Part shown: piece after piece, positions 44,688 through 55,195 of the stretch
How the letters are laid out: each line of letters begins with the position of its first letter
Numbering within the stretch: position 1 is the first letter of the stretch
Origin: a bacterium
Lineage (GTDB): Bacteria > UBA8248
Direction: 5' to 3'
Assembly: GCA_963692865.2 (NCBI GenBank)
Contig: OY843592.1
Coordinates: forward strand, 1,184,001 to 1,248,000
Length of the DNA: 64,000 nt
Notes under the pieces: model-generated
Told to the model about the DNA's origin: nothing
Seen by the model: only the letters and a program-made list of their open reading frames with translations
Database searches by the model: none
Program-made: the position numbers and the translations under genes

Positions 44688-45653
44688 ATGCCGGAACTGG
44701 AACTCACGGCGGCGTTCGGGGATTATGACCGCACCAACATTCTCAAGACGGGCGCGGTTCGCCCGGAGGGCGTGAACCTCAGGGTGCTCTCCCTGCCGCC
44801 CACCGAGATTTTCTTCCGCATGTGCAGATACCAGGAGTTCGATCTGTCCGAAATGTCGATGGGCGCGCACATGTTCCTGCTCGGGCAGGGGGAGAGCCCC
44901 TTCGTGGGGATGCCCGCCTTTCCGAGCCGCGTCTTCCGGCACTCGATGGTCTACGCCAACGCCGATGCGGGCGTCGATGCGGTGGCGGACCTGAACGGCA
45001 AGCGGGTCGCGATACGCGAATGGGGGATGACGGCGGTGGTGTGGATCGTCGGCATTCTCGCGGAAGAGTACGGCCTCGACGTAAGCTCGGTGGACTGGGT
45101 GGCGGCCATCGAGCCGCGCGTGCCGATTCCCATGCCGCCCGGCGCAAGTATCCGCTATATGAAGCAAGGCCGGACGGTATCGAACATGCTCGAATCGGGC
45201 GAGGTGGACGGCGCGCTGATCCACCAGGTGCCCGAGTGCTTCGCCAAGGGCTCACCAAGCGTCAAGCGCCTCTTCCCGGACTACAAGGCCGCCGAGACGG
45301 CGTATTACAAGCGAACGGGCGTCCACCCCATGATGCACTGCGTCGTGCTGCGCAAGGACGTTCACGAACGAACCCCCTGGGCGCTCGGGTCCATCTACCA
45401 GGCCATGTGCGAGGCGCGCGAGAAGACGATGGCGCTTCTGAGCGACAACGGCGCGCTCTCGGCCATGATTCCGTTTCTGCCATCGGTGATGGACGAGACG
45501 CGCGAGATATTCGGCGATGATTTCTGGCCCTACGGGGTGGAGGCGAACCGCGCGTCGCTGGAGAAGCTCCTCTCCTACGCCCACGCGCAGGGCCTCACGC
45601 CCGGCCTGCTCGAAGTGGAGGAGCTCTTCGGCGAGAGCGTGCGGAACACGTAA
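44688..45653 (+). CDS. 4,5-dihydroxyphthalate decarboxylase-like protein
   Basis: GDYDRT, EIFFRM, FDLSEMS, FPSRVFRHS, MTAVVW and DFWPYG motifs. Confidence 0.8.
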   Translation: MPELELTAAFGDYDRTNILKTGAVRPEGVNLRVLSLPPTEIFFRMCRYQEFDLSEMSMGAHMFLLGQGESPFVGMPAFPSRVFRHSMVYANADAGVDAVADLNGKRVAIREWGMTAVVWIVGILAEEYGLDVSSVDWVAAIEPRVPIPMPPGASIRYMKQGRTVSNMLESGEVDGALIHQVPECFAKGSPSVKRLFPDYKAAETAYYKRTGVHPMMHCVVLRKDVHERTPWALGSIYQAMCEAREKTMALLSDNGALSAMIPFLPSVMDETREIFGDDFWPYGVEANRASLEKLLSYAHAQGLTPGLLEVEELFGESVRNT

Positions 45654-45706
45654 GCCGGCGCCACGGCGAGGGCGCGTTCCCCTCGTCCTGCGCCGCCGCA
45701 TACCGG

Positions 45707-45886
45707 CCTCACCCCGAGTAGCGGCGAAGCCGCGTATCGAAGGGCCTGTCCTGAGCTTGCCGAAGGTTTGACCCTACCTCCTCGGTCGGGTCAAACCCTC
45801 GATACGGCGCGCAAGCGCGCCTACTCGGGATGAGGGGAGGGGTGTTTCGGTCTCGAACCCCCCAACCTCCCTCGTCAAGGGGGCTT
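45707..45886. repeat. Family-B repeat pair plus a family-C palindrome
   Basis: CCTCACCCCGAGTAGCGGCGAAGCCGCGTATCGAAGGG; CCCTCGATACGGCGCGCAAGCGCGCCTACTCGGGATGAGG; CCCCCAACCTCCCTCGTCAAGGGGGC. Confidence 0.75.
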
Positions 45887-46070
45887 TCCTTGATCGTCGC
45901 GCCCCCTTTTTGCGGGCTACGCCGCGCCTTGGCGGCGAATGTGTTGTCGTCATCGTCTTTCGCATCCGAAACTTGGAATCCCGCTGCCGGGTCATGTATA
46001 TAATTCCCATCATTTTTGGGTTTTGCTTCATACTTCCAAATCGCCCTCTCATGCGGATATGGAACTCCCC

Positions 46071-49000
46071 ATGGCGTCGGTCCCCAAAATTCTCGTAACC
46101 GCTCCCTTCCACCATCTGGAATCTTCGCTCGCCTCTCGCGTGCGCGGCTTGGACCGCGGAGACCCGTTGGCGCACAGGCGCGTGGTCGTCATCTCGAACC
46201 GGCTGCGCGACCACGTCCAGGGCGTGCTCGCGCGCGCGGGCGGCTTCGCCGGGGTGGAGGTTCTGGGCATGATCGACCTGGCGCGCGAGATTGCCGAGCC
46301 GCAGCGCGCGCGGGCGGGACTCACGCGGGTTCATCCGGCCATCGCCGAAATCCTGGCGGAAGAAGCGTTCGAGCGCGCGCGGGGGGAGTTCGCCTTTTAT
46401 CGTCCCGGTTCCAGAGGATACGGAGAGAGCCTCTGCGCGACGCTGACCGACCTGGCCGAGGCGAATCTCTCGCCCGATGCCCTGAGGGAGCTTTCCGCGG
46501 AAATCCCCGGTCCCGACGCGGCGCGGATAATAAGGGATTTGGCGCTTCTGGCCGAGCGTTTCCAGCACAAGATGCGGGCGCGGAAATACTACGACCGCTC
46601 CTTGATGTTCCTGACGGCTTGCGAACGGGCGGAAGACGAACCCCCGCGCGTTCCCACCATCTTCTACGGCTTCGCCGAGATGAACGCGCTCCAGCGCAGG
46701 CTGGCGGCGGCCGTCTGCCGCGAGGCGGAGGCGCAAGCCCTGGTTCCCGCGCAAACGGGCGCGCCCGCGTGCGCTCATGCGCGGCCCTTGCTCGACTGGT
46801 TCGAGCGGCAAGGTTTCCGCAGAGAAGAAGCCGGGCCGCTTGCGCCGAGGCCGCTCTCGTGCCTGGCCGCGGCGCTCTTCGCAGGCCACGAAGCCGGGCC
46901 TCTTGCGGCGGACGCCCTGCGCGTCGTGGCCGCGCCGACGAGGGGCCGGGAGGCGTGGGAGGCCTGCCGGGAGATGCTGCGGGCGCGGGAGGATTACGAG
47001 AGCGATGACGAGATATGCGTCCTGATGACCGAGCGGGGCGGCTACCAGGAATTGTTCGAGGAGACGCTCCACACCCTCGATATTTCCCGCCGGACGGAAG
47101 AGAGGAATCCCTTATCCGAAGCGCCCGCGGCGCGGTTGTTTCTCCTCATGCTCCGCCTGCCTGTGGAGGGCTACCCGCGCGCGGAGTTGATGCGTTTTCT
47201 GGGTGAGGGAGGCTTCAGCGGCTCGCCGGGGTTTAAGGAGTCGGCGCGGCGATACGGATTCGAGGAACTCGCCGCCGACCCCGTCCTTGCCTCCAGATGG
47301 GAGTTTTTCTCGCGGAGCCTGCCTTACCTGAGAGGCGCGGACGCCTGGCTCTCGGCGCTCGATGACGCTCTGGAGGTGATGGGAGGAGGGGATGAGGAAT
47401 TTCCCGCCGCGTATTCCCTCGCCATGGCGGCCTCCGATGTTTTCCGGTTGATAGAGAAAATTCCGGCTGAGGGGCCGCCCTCCTCGTTCGTTCAATCGGC
47501 TCTGGAGGTCTTCTCGGAGACGACGAGCGGTTTGTCTGATGCAGAATCCGTGAGGGATGTGGTCTCTTCCCTGGCGGAGTTGGACGCGATTGCCGGCGAG
47601 GTGACGCGAGAGGCGTTCCATGCGCTTTGCGAGCGGTTTTTCGAGAAAACCGACCTGGGGGGGAACGAACCGGATGGAGGTCATCTGGCGAGCCTCTCCT
47701 CCATCCAGGGCGCGCGCGGCCTTTCCTTCGACGCCGTCGTGCTCTCGGGCCTGGGCGAGGGCCTGTTTCCGCCCCAGGGCAGCGAAGACCCGCTCCTGCC
47801 CGATTCCGCCCGCGAGGCGCTGAACCGCGCCGCGAAAGAGAGTTTCCCGGATAGGGAGATAGAGCTTCCGCTCAAGAAATCCAGGGAGAGCGAGGCGCGG
47901 TTTCAGTTGTGGACGATCCTTCAATCGGCGCGGGAACGCCTCATCCTCACGGCGACGAGCGCCGAGGACGGCATGGGGAACGAGGCGGCTTCTTTCCCCA
48001 GCATGTTCCTGCATTATCTGGCGGACGCCCTGGGGGAAGCGAGAGACGGCGCGTGGGGTCTTTTCTCGGGAGCGCGCAGCCGCACCGCCGCCGCGTCGTT
48101 GGATGCGGAGGCGATGTCGAGGAATCCAGCCCACCTGCGCGAGTACGATCTGGCGCGCATGGCGGAGCAGGTTGGCCGGCCGGAGGCGGGGGGTCTCTCC
48201 TGCATGGGCGGTTTTCCGGGGTTTCTCCGCAGACGGGCCGCCCTGGACGAGCGATGGCGGCGGGATGTCTTGACGGCGTTCGACGGGATGCTCGCCGCCC
48301 CCGATTTGCGCGAGGTCATCCGGGAGAGGGTTCACTCGCGCGCATGGCCGCTCGGCGTCACCTCGGTGGAGGTTTTCTTCGGGTGTCCTTACCGCTTCGT
48401 CAATCAGCACTTACACCGCAGCATGAAAAAGCGCGGGGAGCCCCTCCCCCCTTTCGTCATGGACGGGAGGCTCAGGGGGCAATTGACGCACCGGATTCTC
48501 GAACTCTTCCACCTTTGGCTCCGGGAGGAGAACCGGCCGCTTCACGCGCTGGATGAGGCGGCCGCGCAGGATGCGCTCCGCGAAGCGATTCGAGAGGCGA
48601 TGCGCGAGGAGGAGGATATGGCCGAGTCGCCGCCCCTGCCCGCGCTGCCCTGGGCGTTGCTGGAAGACGCGCTCTACCGGCGCCTGCGGGGCTATCTGGA
48701 GTTGATGCGCGCGGACGGATCGGGCCGGCTCCCGGTGGGCGTGGAGGAGAGGTTCGGGGGCAGGGGTTCGGAGCCTTTGCGCATATCCCTGGAAGCGGGG
48801 GAACTCGCCCTCAGCGGGCGGTTGGACCTGCTCGATCGAAACGAGGCGGGGGAATACCGCGTCGTCGATTTCAAGACCGTGAGAAGGGCGGACAGGGTCC
48901 CGGCTCGGAACAAGGTTCTCGACGGCGGCGAGAGTCTTCAGCTTCAGCTCTACGCGCGGCATCTGCGCGCGCGCTCCGGCGCCTTGCCGGAGGACGCCCC

Positions 49001-49283
49001 GGTGAGCGGCGCATACGTCTACGTCACCGAAGAAGAGGGCGTCGTGGAAAGAGCGCGTTCGCGGGAGGACCTCGAAGGCCGCATGGCGGACGTGGACGCG
49101 CTTTTGGATTATTTCCTCGCCTCGGCCGGGGAGGGGCGTTTTTTCCCGACGCCTTCGGACAACGGCTGCCGGTATTGTGACTACAAGCTCCTCTGCGGAC
49201 CCGACAGGGCCGAGCGCGCCGCGCGAAAGGAGGGGGCGCAGGGGGTGAGCGAGCTTCTGGCGCTCAAGGAGAGGGCCGAATGA
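46071..49283 (+). CDS. addB: AddB/RexB-like helicase-nuclease subunit with Fe-S staple nuclease
   Basis: Degenerate helicase body (YGF, ARGLSF, EGLFP), CPYRF, GRLDLLD...VVDFKT, LQLQLY and CRYCDYKLLC motifs; start uncertain (46059 or 46071). Confidence 0.8.
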   Translation: MASVPKILVTAPFHHLESSLASRVRGLDRGDPLAHRRVVVISNRLRDHVQGVLARAGGFAGVEVLGMIDLAREIAEPQRARAGLTRVHPAIAEILAEEAFERARGEFAFYRPGSRGYGESLCATLTDLAEANLSPDALRELSAEIPGPDAARIIRDLALLAERFQHKMRARKYYDRSLMFLTACERAEDEPPRVPTIFYGFAEMNALQRRLAAAVCREAEAQALVPAQTGAPACAHARPLLDWFERQGFRREEAGPLAPRPLSCLAAALFAGHEAGPLAADALRVVAAPTRGREAWEACREMLRAREDYESDDEICVLMTERGGYQELFEETLHTLDISRRTEERNPLSEAPAARLFLLMLRLPVEGYPRAELMRFLGEGGFSGSPGFKESARRYGFEELAADPVLASRWEFFSRSLPYLRGADAWLSALDDALEVMGGGDEEFPAAYSLAMAASDVFRLIEKIPAEGPPSSFVQSALEVFSETTSGLSDAESVRDVVSSLAELDAIAGEVTREAFHALCERFFEKTDLGGNEPDGGHLASLSSIQGARGLSFDAVVLSGLGEGLFPPQGSEDPLLPDSAREALNRAAKESFPDREIELPLKKSRESEARFQLWTILQSARERLILTATSAEDGMGNEAASFPSMFLHYLADALGEARDGAWGLFSGARSRTAAASLDAEAMSRNPAHLREYDLARMAEQVGRPEAGGLSCMGGFPGFLRRRAALDERWRRDVLTAFDGMLAAPDLREVIRERVHSRAWPLGVTSVEVFFGCPYRFVNQHLHRSMKKRGEPLPPFVMDGRLRGQLTHRILELFHLWLREENRPLHALDEAAAQDALREAIREAMREEEDMAESPPLPALPWALLEDALYRRLRGYLELMRADGSGRLPVGVEERFGGRGSEPLRISLEAGELALSGRLDLLDRNEAGEYRVVDFKTVRRADRVPARNKVLDGGESLQLQLYARHLRARSGALPEDAPVSGAYVYVTEEEGVVERARSREDLEGRMADVDALLDYFLASAGEGRFFPTPSDNGCRYCDYKLLCGPDRAERAARKEGAQGVSELLALKERAE

Positions 49284-52200
49284 ACGCCCAGCCGCGAGAT
49301 CAGGCGCAGAGGGAGGAGGCCGCGACCTGGACGCGCGGCCCCGTTCTCGTCGAGGCGGGCGCGGGAACGGGCAAGACGACCCTGCTCGTGGAGAGGATCC
49401 TGCACCTGATTCGGGGCGAAGGCGCGCGTCTCGACGAGATAGCCGCCATCACCTTCACGCGCAAGGCGACGGCGGAGTTGAAAGCAAGGATTCGCCGCAG
49501 GATTCACGAGGCGGCCCGGGAGGAGCAAGACGCGGAAGCGGGAGCGCGGCTGCAGGATGCGCTGGAGAGCCTCGAATCCGCGCGCATCTCCACCATCCAC
49601 GGCTTCGCCTTGCGGATCCTGCGGGAGTTCTCCCTGGAGGCGGGGCTTCGGCCCGACATTGGGGACGTGGATGTAGTCGCGTACGAGGCGAGGCGCGACG
49701 CGGCCTGGCGCGACTGGCTTGCGGGGGCGCTGGACGGTGAAGACCCGCGGCTGCGCGATTTTCTCGAACTCGGCTTTCAGGCGGCCGATCTGGAGAAAAT
49801 CCGCGACGCCCTGCTCGCCCTGCCGGAGTTGAGGGCGCATTTCCCCCGCTCACGGGGCGCATCTCCCGATGAAGTGCGTGCGTCCATCAGAGAAGCGTTC
49901 GCCGCCTGGACGGATTTCGGGAATCGCCATTGCACGGATGAGACGGACAAGGCGTTTCAGCAACTCGGAGGAGCCGAAACCTGGCTGGAGGGACTCTCGG
50001 GGCTTTCGCAAACGGAACTGCTGCGCGAACTCTGGAATCCCGGCTTCAAGCTGAACAAGCGGACGGGTTCACTGGCGAATTGGGGCGATTCTACCGATGA
50101 GGGGAGAGAAAACCTCAAACGCTTTCGCAGTGAATATGAACGGTTCCTGCAAGAGGGCGCCGCGCTTATCGCCCATGAGATGCTCGCCGGTCTGGTTCCG
50201 CTCGTTCGGGACTTCGCCGGGTCCTTCGAGCGGGAAGCGCGCGAGGCGGGCCTGTTGTCGTATGACGACATGCTGTTCCTGGCGGCGAGGCTCGTCCGGG
50301 AGAACGTCTCCGTGCGGAGGAGAATCCGCGAGAGCGTCCGGCATTTCCTTGTCGATGAGTTCCAGGATACCGACCCCTTGCAGGTCGAGTTGATCTTCCT
50401 GCTCGCGGGAGCAGGAGACGCCGCCGACTGGCGCGAAATGCTGTTGGATGACGCCAAACTTTTCCTGGTGGGCGACCCCAAGCAGTCCATCTACCGCTTC
50501 CGCCGGGCGGACATCGCCATCTACCATGAAGTGAAGGAGAAAATCGAGGCTCTCCCGAATGGCCGCCTGCTGCATATCACGGAAAACTTCCGCAGCGCGC
50601 CCGGCGTGGTCGAGTTCGTGAACGGGGCGTTCTCGCGCGTCATCGCTCACGACTCGGAGAACCCCGACGTTCAGCCCGAATACGTCGAACTCGTTGCGCA
50701 TCGCGATGCCGCGGGCCCGGCCGTTTTCCTCATCAGGAAGAAAGAAGAGGGGGATGCGCCCGCCGAGGGCGGCAGGGTGAAAGAAGAAGACAGGCGCAAG
50801 GCCGAGGCCGCCCGCCTCGCCTCGGCGATTCGCGGGTTGGTGGAGAGGAAAGTAGAAATTACCGATAAAGAGGAGAACACGCGCCGCCCCGTCCATTACG
50901 GAGACGTGGCCGTGTTGTTCCGCGCGAGAACGGGCTACGCCTGGTTCGAGGACGCCTTTCGGGGCGCGGGCGTTCCGTTCGTAACCGACGGCGGGCGCGG
51001 GTTTTACGACAAGTTCGAGGTCGGCGCGGTCGTCTCGGTGCTGGCCACCGCGGCGCGGCCCGGCGACCCGCTCGCGCTGGCCGCCGCCCTGCGCTCTCCC
51101 TTGTACGGGTTCTCGGACGTGGATATCGCCCGCTGCTTCCTGAAAACGGGAGACCCGCCCGAGGAGTTGGGGGAGGCGATCCGGGAAATACATGAACTTC
51201 ACGAGGTGAAGAGAGATTCGAGCGCGCGCGCGGTTTTGGAGGAGATATACCGCCGCACAAGTGCGTTCGAGCTGTTCATGGCCTCATCGGGCGGGGAGCA
51301 GCGCGTCGCCAACCTGCAAAAGCTCCTGGACATGGCGCACGAGTTCGCCGGAGGCGGGAGACGGGGGGTGGACGCCTTCGCCGCGCATCTCGCGGCGCAG
51401 TACGAACGGGGGCGAGACGCCGGGGAGCCCGAGGCGTTTGTGGACGCCCATGAGGGCCGGGCGGTTCGGTTGATGAGCGTCCACCAGGCCAAGGGGCTGG
51501 AATTCCCCGTGGTCGCCCTCGCCGATTTGGAGGGAGGTAGCGGGCGGCATTCGGAGGCGTGGATTGCGAATCACAAAAAGGAAGACGAAGCGGTCGCCCT
51601 GCGCCTGGGTTCGAACCCCCGACTGCTCGAATCGGAAGGCTACGCGAGTGCGCTCGAACGCGAAAAAGAGTTCGGCGAAGCGGAGATAAAACGCCTTTGG
51701 TACGTGGCGGCGACGCGGGCGGAGGACTATCTGCTCTGGCCGGAGTCGGGCTTTCGCTTCCTGATGAGGGGCGCGGGTATGAGCGAAGAGGAGATGGGCG
51801 AAGTGATGCAGGCGGCCTCCGCTTCGGTCTTGGAGGTTTCGCCGGGCGAACCGGAACCTCCCGAACCCATCCTGCGCCTGGGGGACGAAGCGTTCCGTCC
51901 GGCGAACGGGGGTTCGGGGAGCGCCGCCGCGCGCCGCGCCGCCCAGGATGAGAAGCTCAAGCGCCTGAAAAAGCCCGTCGAAGCGCCGAAGCCGCTGGCC
52001 CCCAGCGGCCTCGTCGAAGGGTTCGACGGGGAGGAACCCCCGGCTTCGCCCGCGCCCTACGATGAGGATGCGCGCGAAGACCGGGAGGTTCACGCGGGCG
52101 GTGCGGCGTTCGGGAGTCTGGTTCATTCGATCCTCGCGCGGCTGGAGCCGCCGACGCCCGAGCGTCTGGAGAGTTTGAAAGAAGAGGGCGTCGCCTTCGC

Positions 52201-52621
52201 CCGCGCGCTCGGCTTGAATGAGGACGAAGATGACCTCGCCATGGAGTTGATTCGAAGCTCGATGGAGACGGGGGTGTTGGCGCGCGCGGCCTCGGCTTCT
52301 AAGCGTTGGCGGGAGCTTCCCTTCCTGTTCGAACTGGACGGGAGGGTGATACGGGGCGCCATCGATCTGGTGTTTGAAGAAGAGGGCAAGCTCGTGGTCG
52401 TGGACTTCAAGACGGACAGGGTCACCGAAGGTGAGGCGGAGGATAAGGCCTCGTTCTATGAGAACCAGGGAGCCGCCTACGTCATGGCGCTGGAGGCGGC
52501 GACCGGCCTCGAAGTCGGGGAACTGATGTTTTCCTTCCTGCGTCCGGGCGTCGATGTTTCCCGCCCCGTCGATGATGTGTTAAGAAAACGCCTACGAGAA
52601 GCCGTGGCGGGAGCGGAGTAG
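49280..52621 (+). CDS. addA: AddA/UvrD-like helicase-nuclease
   Basis: EAGAGTGKT, ITFT, STIHGF, VDEFQDT, VGDPKQSIYRFR, NFRS, HQAKGLEF, YVAATRA and GAIDLV...VDFKT motifs; ATGA overlap with addB. Confidence 0.9.
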   Translation: MNAQPRDQAQREEAATWTRGPVLVEAGAGTGKTTLLVERILHLIRGEGARLDEIAAITFTRKATAELKARIRRRIHEAAREEQDAEAGARLQDALESLESARISTIHGFALRILREFSLEAGLRPDIGDVDVVAYEARRDAAWRDWLAGALDGEDPRLRDFLELGFQAADLEKIRDALLALPELRAHFPRSRGASPDEVRASIREAFAAWTDFGNRHCTDETDKAFQQLGGAETWLEGLSGLSQTELLRELWNPGFKLNKRTGSLANWGDSTDEGRENLKRFRSEYERFLQEGAALIAHEMLAGLVPLVRDFAGSFEREAREAGLLSYDDMLFLAARLVRENVSVRRRIRESVRHFLVDEFQDTDPLQVELIFLLAGAGDAADWREMLLDDAKLFLVGDPKQSIYRFRRADIAIYHEVKEKIEALPNGRLLHITENFRSAPGVVEFVNGAFSRVIAHDSENPDVQPEYVELVAHRDAAGPAVFLIRKKEEGDAPAEGGRVKEEDRRKAEAARLASAIRGLVERKVEITDKEENTRRPVHYGDVAVLFRARTGYAWFEDAFRGAGVPFVTDGGRGFYDKFEVGAVVSVLATAARPGDPLALAAALRSPLYGFSDVDIARCFLKTGDPPEELGEAIREIHELHEVKRDSSARAVLEEIYRRTSAFELFMASSGGEQRVANLQKLLDMAHEFAGGGRRGVDAFAAHLAAQYERGRDAGEPEAFVDAHEGRAVRLMSVHQAKGLEFPVVALADLEGGSGRHSEAWIANHKKEDEAVALRLGSNPRLLESEGYASALEREKEFGEAEIKRLWYVAATRAEDYLLWPESGFRFLMRGAGMSEEEMGEVMQAASASVLEVSPGEPEPPEPILRLGDEAFRPANGGSGSAAARRAAQDEKLKRLKKPVEAPKPLAPSGLVEGFDGEEPPASPAPYDEDAREDREVHAGGAAFGSLVHSILARLEPPTPERLESLKEEGVAFARALGLNEDEDDLAMELIRSSMETGVLARAASASKRWRELPFLFELDGRVIRGAIDLVFEEEGKLVVVDFKTDRVTEGEAEDKASFYENQGAAYVMALEAATGLEVGELMFSFLRPGVDVSRPVDDVLRKRLREAVAGAE

Positions 52622-52658
52622 AGGCATTTACAAGGCTTCGCTCTGTTCTGCATGAATG

Positions 52659-53035
52659 GGGGTTGCCGAAAAACTCACGGGAAGGGATTTTGGGTTTCAC
52701 GCACGCTTTTGAGGTTCACTCCCCCCTTGAGGGGGTAAGGGCGCAAGCCCGCAAGCGAACCGGTGGGGGGTCAATCGCGACTGATGAAGGAGCGATTGCG
52801 CCTTTTAAGTCAAGCAGCCCCTCCTTGCTCAGTCGGGGCTGACCCCCCACGCATCAGCGTTCGCACAAGGCGCTCGGCTTCTGCTACTCCCCCTCAAGGG
52901 GGGAGTGGTTCTCTTCTCTCTCGTCGGTTAGCAATGCCGTTCAAGGGCGAAGCCTGCATCCGCGCCAGTGGAGGGTGAATTCCGACTGAGGAAGGAGGAA
53001 TTCTTCCGAGCGAACAGGGGTTTTTCAACAACCTC
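52659..53035. mobile_element. Degenerate MITE carrying a family-A variant
   Basis: GGGGTTGCCGAAAAAC / GTTTTTCAACAACCTC ends; family A at 52715-52907; no TSD. Confidence 0.6.
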
Positions 53036-53052
53036 ATATAGGAGGGATTGCC

Positions 53053-54171
53053 GTGAAGGTCGCATCCATCGAGGTATTCCGCGTCGATATGCCGATGCGG
53101 GATTTTTTCAGGAACGCGAACCACAACCACAACGTCCAGCCCGCGGTCGTCGTTCGGGCGACCTCGGACGACGGTTTCTCGGGAATCGGCGACGTCGAAC
53201 CCGTGGCGGGGTATTCGGGCCTGAGCCGCGACGACCTCGCGGACGCGGTGGAGCGGAAGCTCGCGCCCGCGCTCATCGGCGCGAACCCGAGAGCCTCGCG
53301 CGAAATCACGCGGAGGATGGACGAGGCCTGCGACGGTTTCGACGGCGGCAAGGGAGCGTTGTCCCTCGCCATGGCGGACCTCCATGCGAAGTACCTGGGC
53401 GTCCCGCTCTATGAGCTGCTGGGCGGGGCGGTGAAGAAGGAGGTGCGCTTCAACGCCTGGATCGGCATCAAGGCGCCCGATGAGGCGGGGCGCGAGGCGC
53501 GGGGCTTTTACGAGCGCGGCTGGCGCGCGTGCAAGGTGAAGGCGGGGGGAGACGTGGCTTCGGATGCGGCGCGTGTGCTGGCCGTGCGGGAATCGACGGG
53601 GGATGATTTCGAGATACGGATTGACGCGAACGAGTCCTACGGGCGCGTGGAGGACGCCGTCGCCCTCGCGCGCGAGGTGGAAGGAGCGGACATCGGGCAC
53701 TTCGAGCAGCCCGTTCCGAGAACCGACATCGAGGGGCTCGCCCGCGTGCGCCGCTCCATCGACATCCCCGTCATGGCGGACGAGTGCGTGTTCGGGCCGG
53801 AGAGCCTGCTCGAGATCATCCGGGCCGAGGCCGCCGATATCGTCAAGGTCAAGATCATGAAGCAAGGCGGCCCCCTCCGCGTGCGGGACATGGTCGGCAC
53901 GGCGGAGGCCGCCGGCATGAAGCTGGTCATCGGACACGGTTTCGGGCTGTCGCCCTACACGCTGGGCGAGATTCACGTGGCGGCGACCTCGAACGCCTTC
54001 CTGGCGGCGATAGAGTCCGTCGGCCCCGAGAAGATGCTCGACGACGTCGTGGACGCTCCGGTCGACATGAGCGCGGGGCGGCATACGATTTCCGACGCGC
54101 CTGGTCTGGGCGTCGTCCTCGATGACGACAAGCTCGAAAAATATCTGACGCGCGAAGCGGTCAAGGTGTGA
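53053..54171 (+). CDS. Enolase superfamily enzyme, muconate-lactonizing subgroup
   Basis: GVPLYELLGG, KVK, IDANE, FEQP, MADE, KIMKQGG, ESVGP and PGLG motifs. Confidence 0.88.
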   Translation: MKVASIEVFRVDMPMRDFFRNANHNHNVQPAVVVRATSDDGFSGIGDVEPVAGYSGLSRDDLADAVERKLAPALIGANPRASREITRRMDEACDGFDGGKGALSLAMADLHAKYLGVPLYELLGGAVKKEVRFNAWIGIKAPDEAGREARGFYERGWRACKVKAGGDVASDAARVLAVRESTGDDFEIRIDANESYGRVEDAVALAREVEGADIGHFEQPVPRTDIEGLARVRRSIDIPVMADECVFGPESLLEIIRAEAADIVKVKIMKQGGPLRVRDMVGTAEAAGMKLVIGHGFGLSPYTLGEIHVAATSNAFLAAIESVGPEKMLDDVVDAPVDMSAGRHTISDAPGLGVVLDDDKLEKYLTREAVKV

Positions 54172-54241
54172 AGGTCGGCGGTATGGGCGTCTGCGGTTTC
54201 CCCCGTGGCGCCTTTATGCGCCGGATTCAGGAGAAGACGCG

Positions 54242-55195
54242 TTGATCGTCGATATCTGCAGCTTCCTGCCCGTGGCGGAGTCCTACCGCGCCCGCCTCTT
54301 GGGCTGGGCCTCGATTCCCGGTTATTTGAAGATGTTCGCGAAGGGCCTGAGCGCTTTTTGCGGCGTGGAGGAGGCGGAGTTTCGCCGCAGGGCGGTGGGG
54401 ACGACGCGGGAAGAGATACACGGTTTCATCGAGGAGACATCGGCGAAGCTCGGGCGGCCCCTCGAAGCGTTCATATCGCTTCTGGATGCGGCGGGCTACG
54501 ACAAGGCGGTCGTCTTCAGCATCGACCAGGAGCGCACCACCGGCGTCTCGCCGCTCGACCCGAACGTCCTCGCCCGCGCGGTGGATTCGTATCCGGAGCG
54601 GATTCTGGCCTTTCAGGGCGTAGACCCCAACAAGGACGACGCGGCGGCCGCGCTTGAGGAGGGCGTGCGCGAGCTCGGCCTGCACGGGGCGTTCCTCGTT
54701 CCTTTTCTCCACCTCCTGCCCGCCGACGCGCCGGAGTACCGCCCCGTCTACCGAAAGTGCGTCGAACTGGACGTTCCCGTATGGATTCATACGTCGGTGA
54801 ACTGGGCGCCCGCGCATCCGATGGAGCTCGGCAGGCCCCTCGCGCTGGACTGCCTCTGCGGCGAAATGCCCGACCTCAAGGTAATCGCGGGCCACGGCGG
54901 CTGGCCCTGGGTGCCGGAGATGGTCGCCGCCGCCTGGCGGCACCCGAATCTCTACATCGACCCCTCCGGCCACCGGTGGAAGTATTTCACGACGCCGGGT
55001 TCGGGCTGGGAGATGCTCCTTCATTTCGGCAATTCCACCATACAGGACAAGATTCTGTTCGGAACCGACTGGCCGCTTCTGCCGATATCCTTAGGCGAAA
55101 TTATCGAGGAAGCGAGGAGCCTCCCCTTGAAGCCGCACGTCATGGATAAGTGGCTGGGCGGAAACGCGGCGCGCCTGCTGGGGCTGGACGGATGA
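54242..55195 (+). CDS. Amidohydrolase_2 family protein
   Basis: YPERI, VPVWIHT, AGHGGWPW, PNLYID, LFGTDWP and GGNAARL motifs; TTG start. Confidence 0.85.
   Translation: MIVDICSFLPVAESYRARLLGWASIPGYLKMFAKGLSAFCGVEEAEFRRRAVGTTREEIHGFIEETSAKLGRPLEAFISLLDAAGYDKAVVFSIDQERTTGVSPLDPNVLARAVDSYPERILAFQGVDPNKDDAAAALEEGVRELGLHGAFLVPFLHLLPADAPEYRPVYRKCVELDVPVWIHTSVNWAPAHPMELGRPLALDCLCGEMPDLKVIAGHGGWPWVPEMVAAAWRHPNLYIDPSGHRWKYFTTPGSGWEMLLHFGNSTIQDKILFGTDWPLLPISLGEIIEEARSLPLKPHVMDKWLGGNAARLLGLDG

Noticed and set aside
46071-52621. Novel helicase-nuclease defence system
   Set aside because: Architecture and host-like composition fit ordinary AddAB recombination/repair genes.
52780-52815. Hammerhead ribozyme (CTGATGA core)
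   Set aside because: No GAAA after a stem II, and no stem I/III pairing found.
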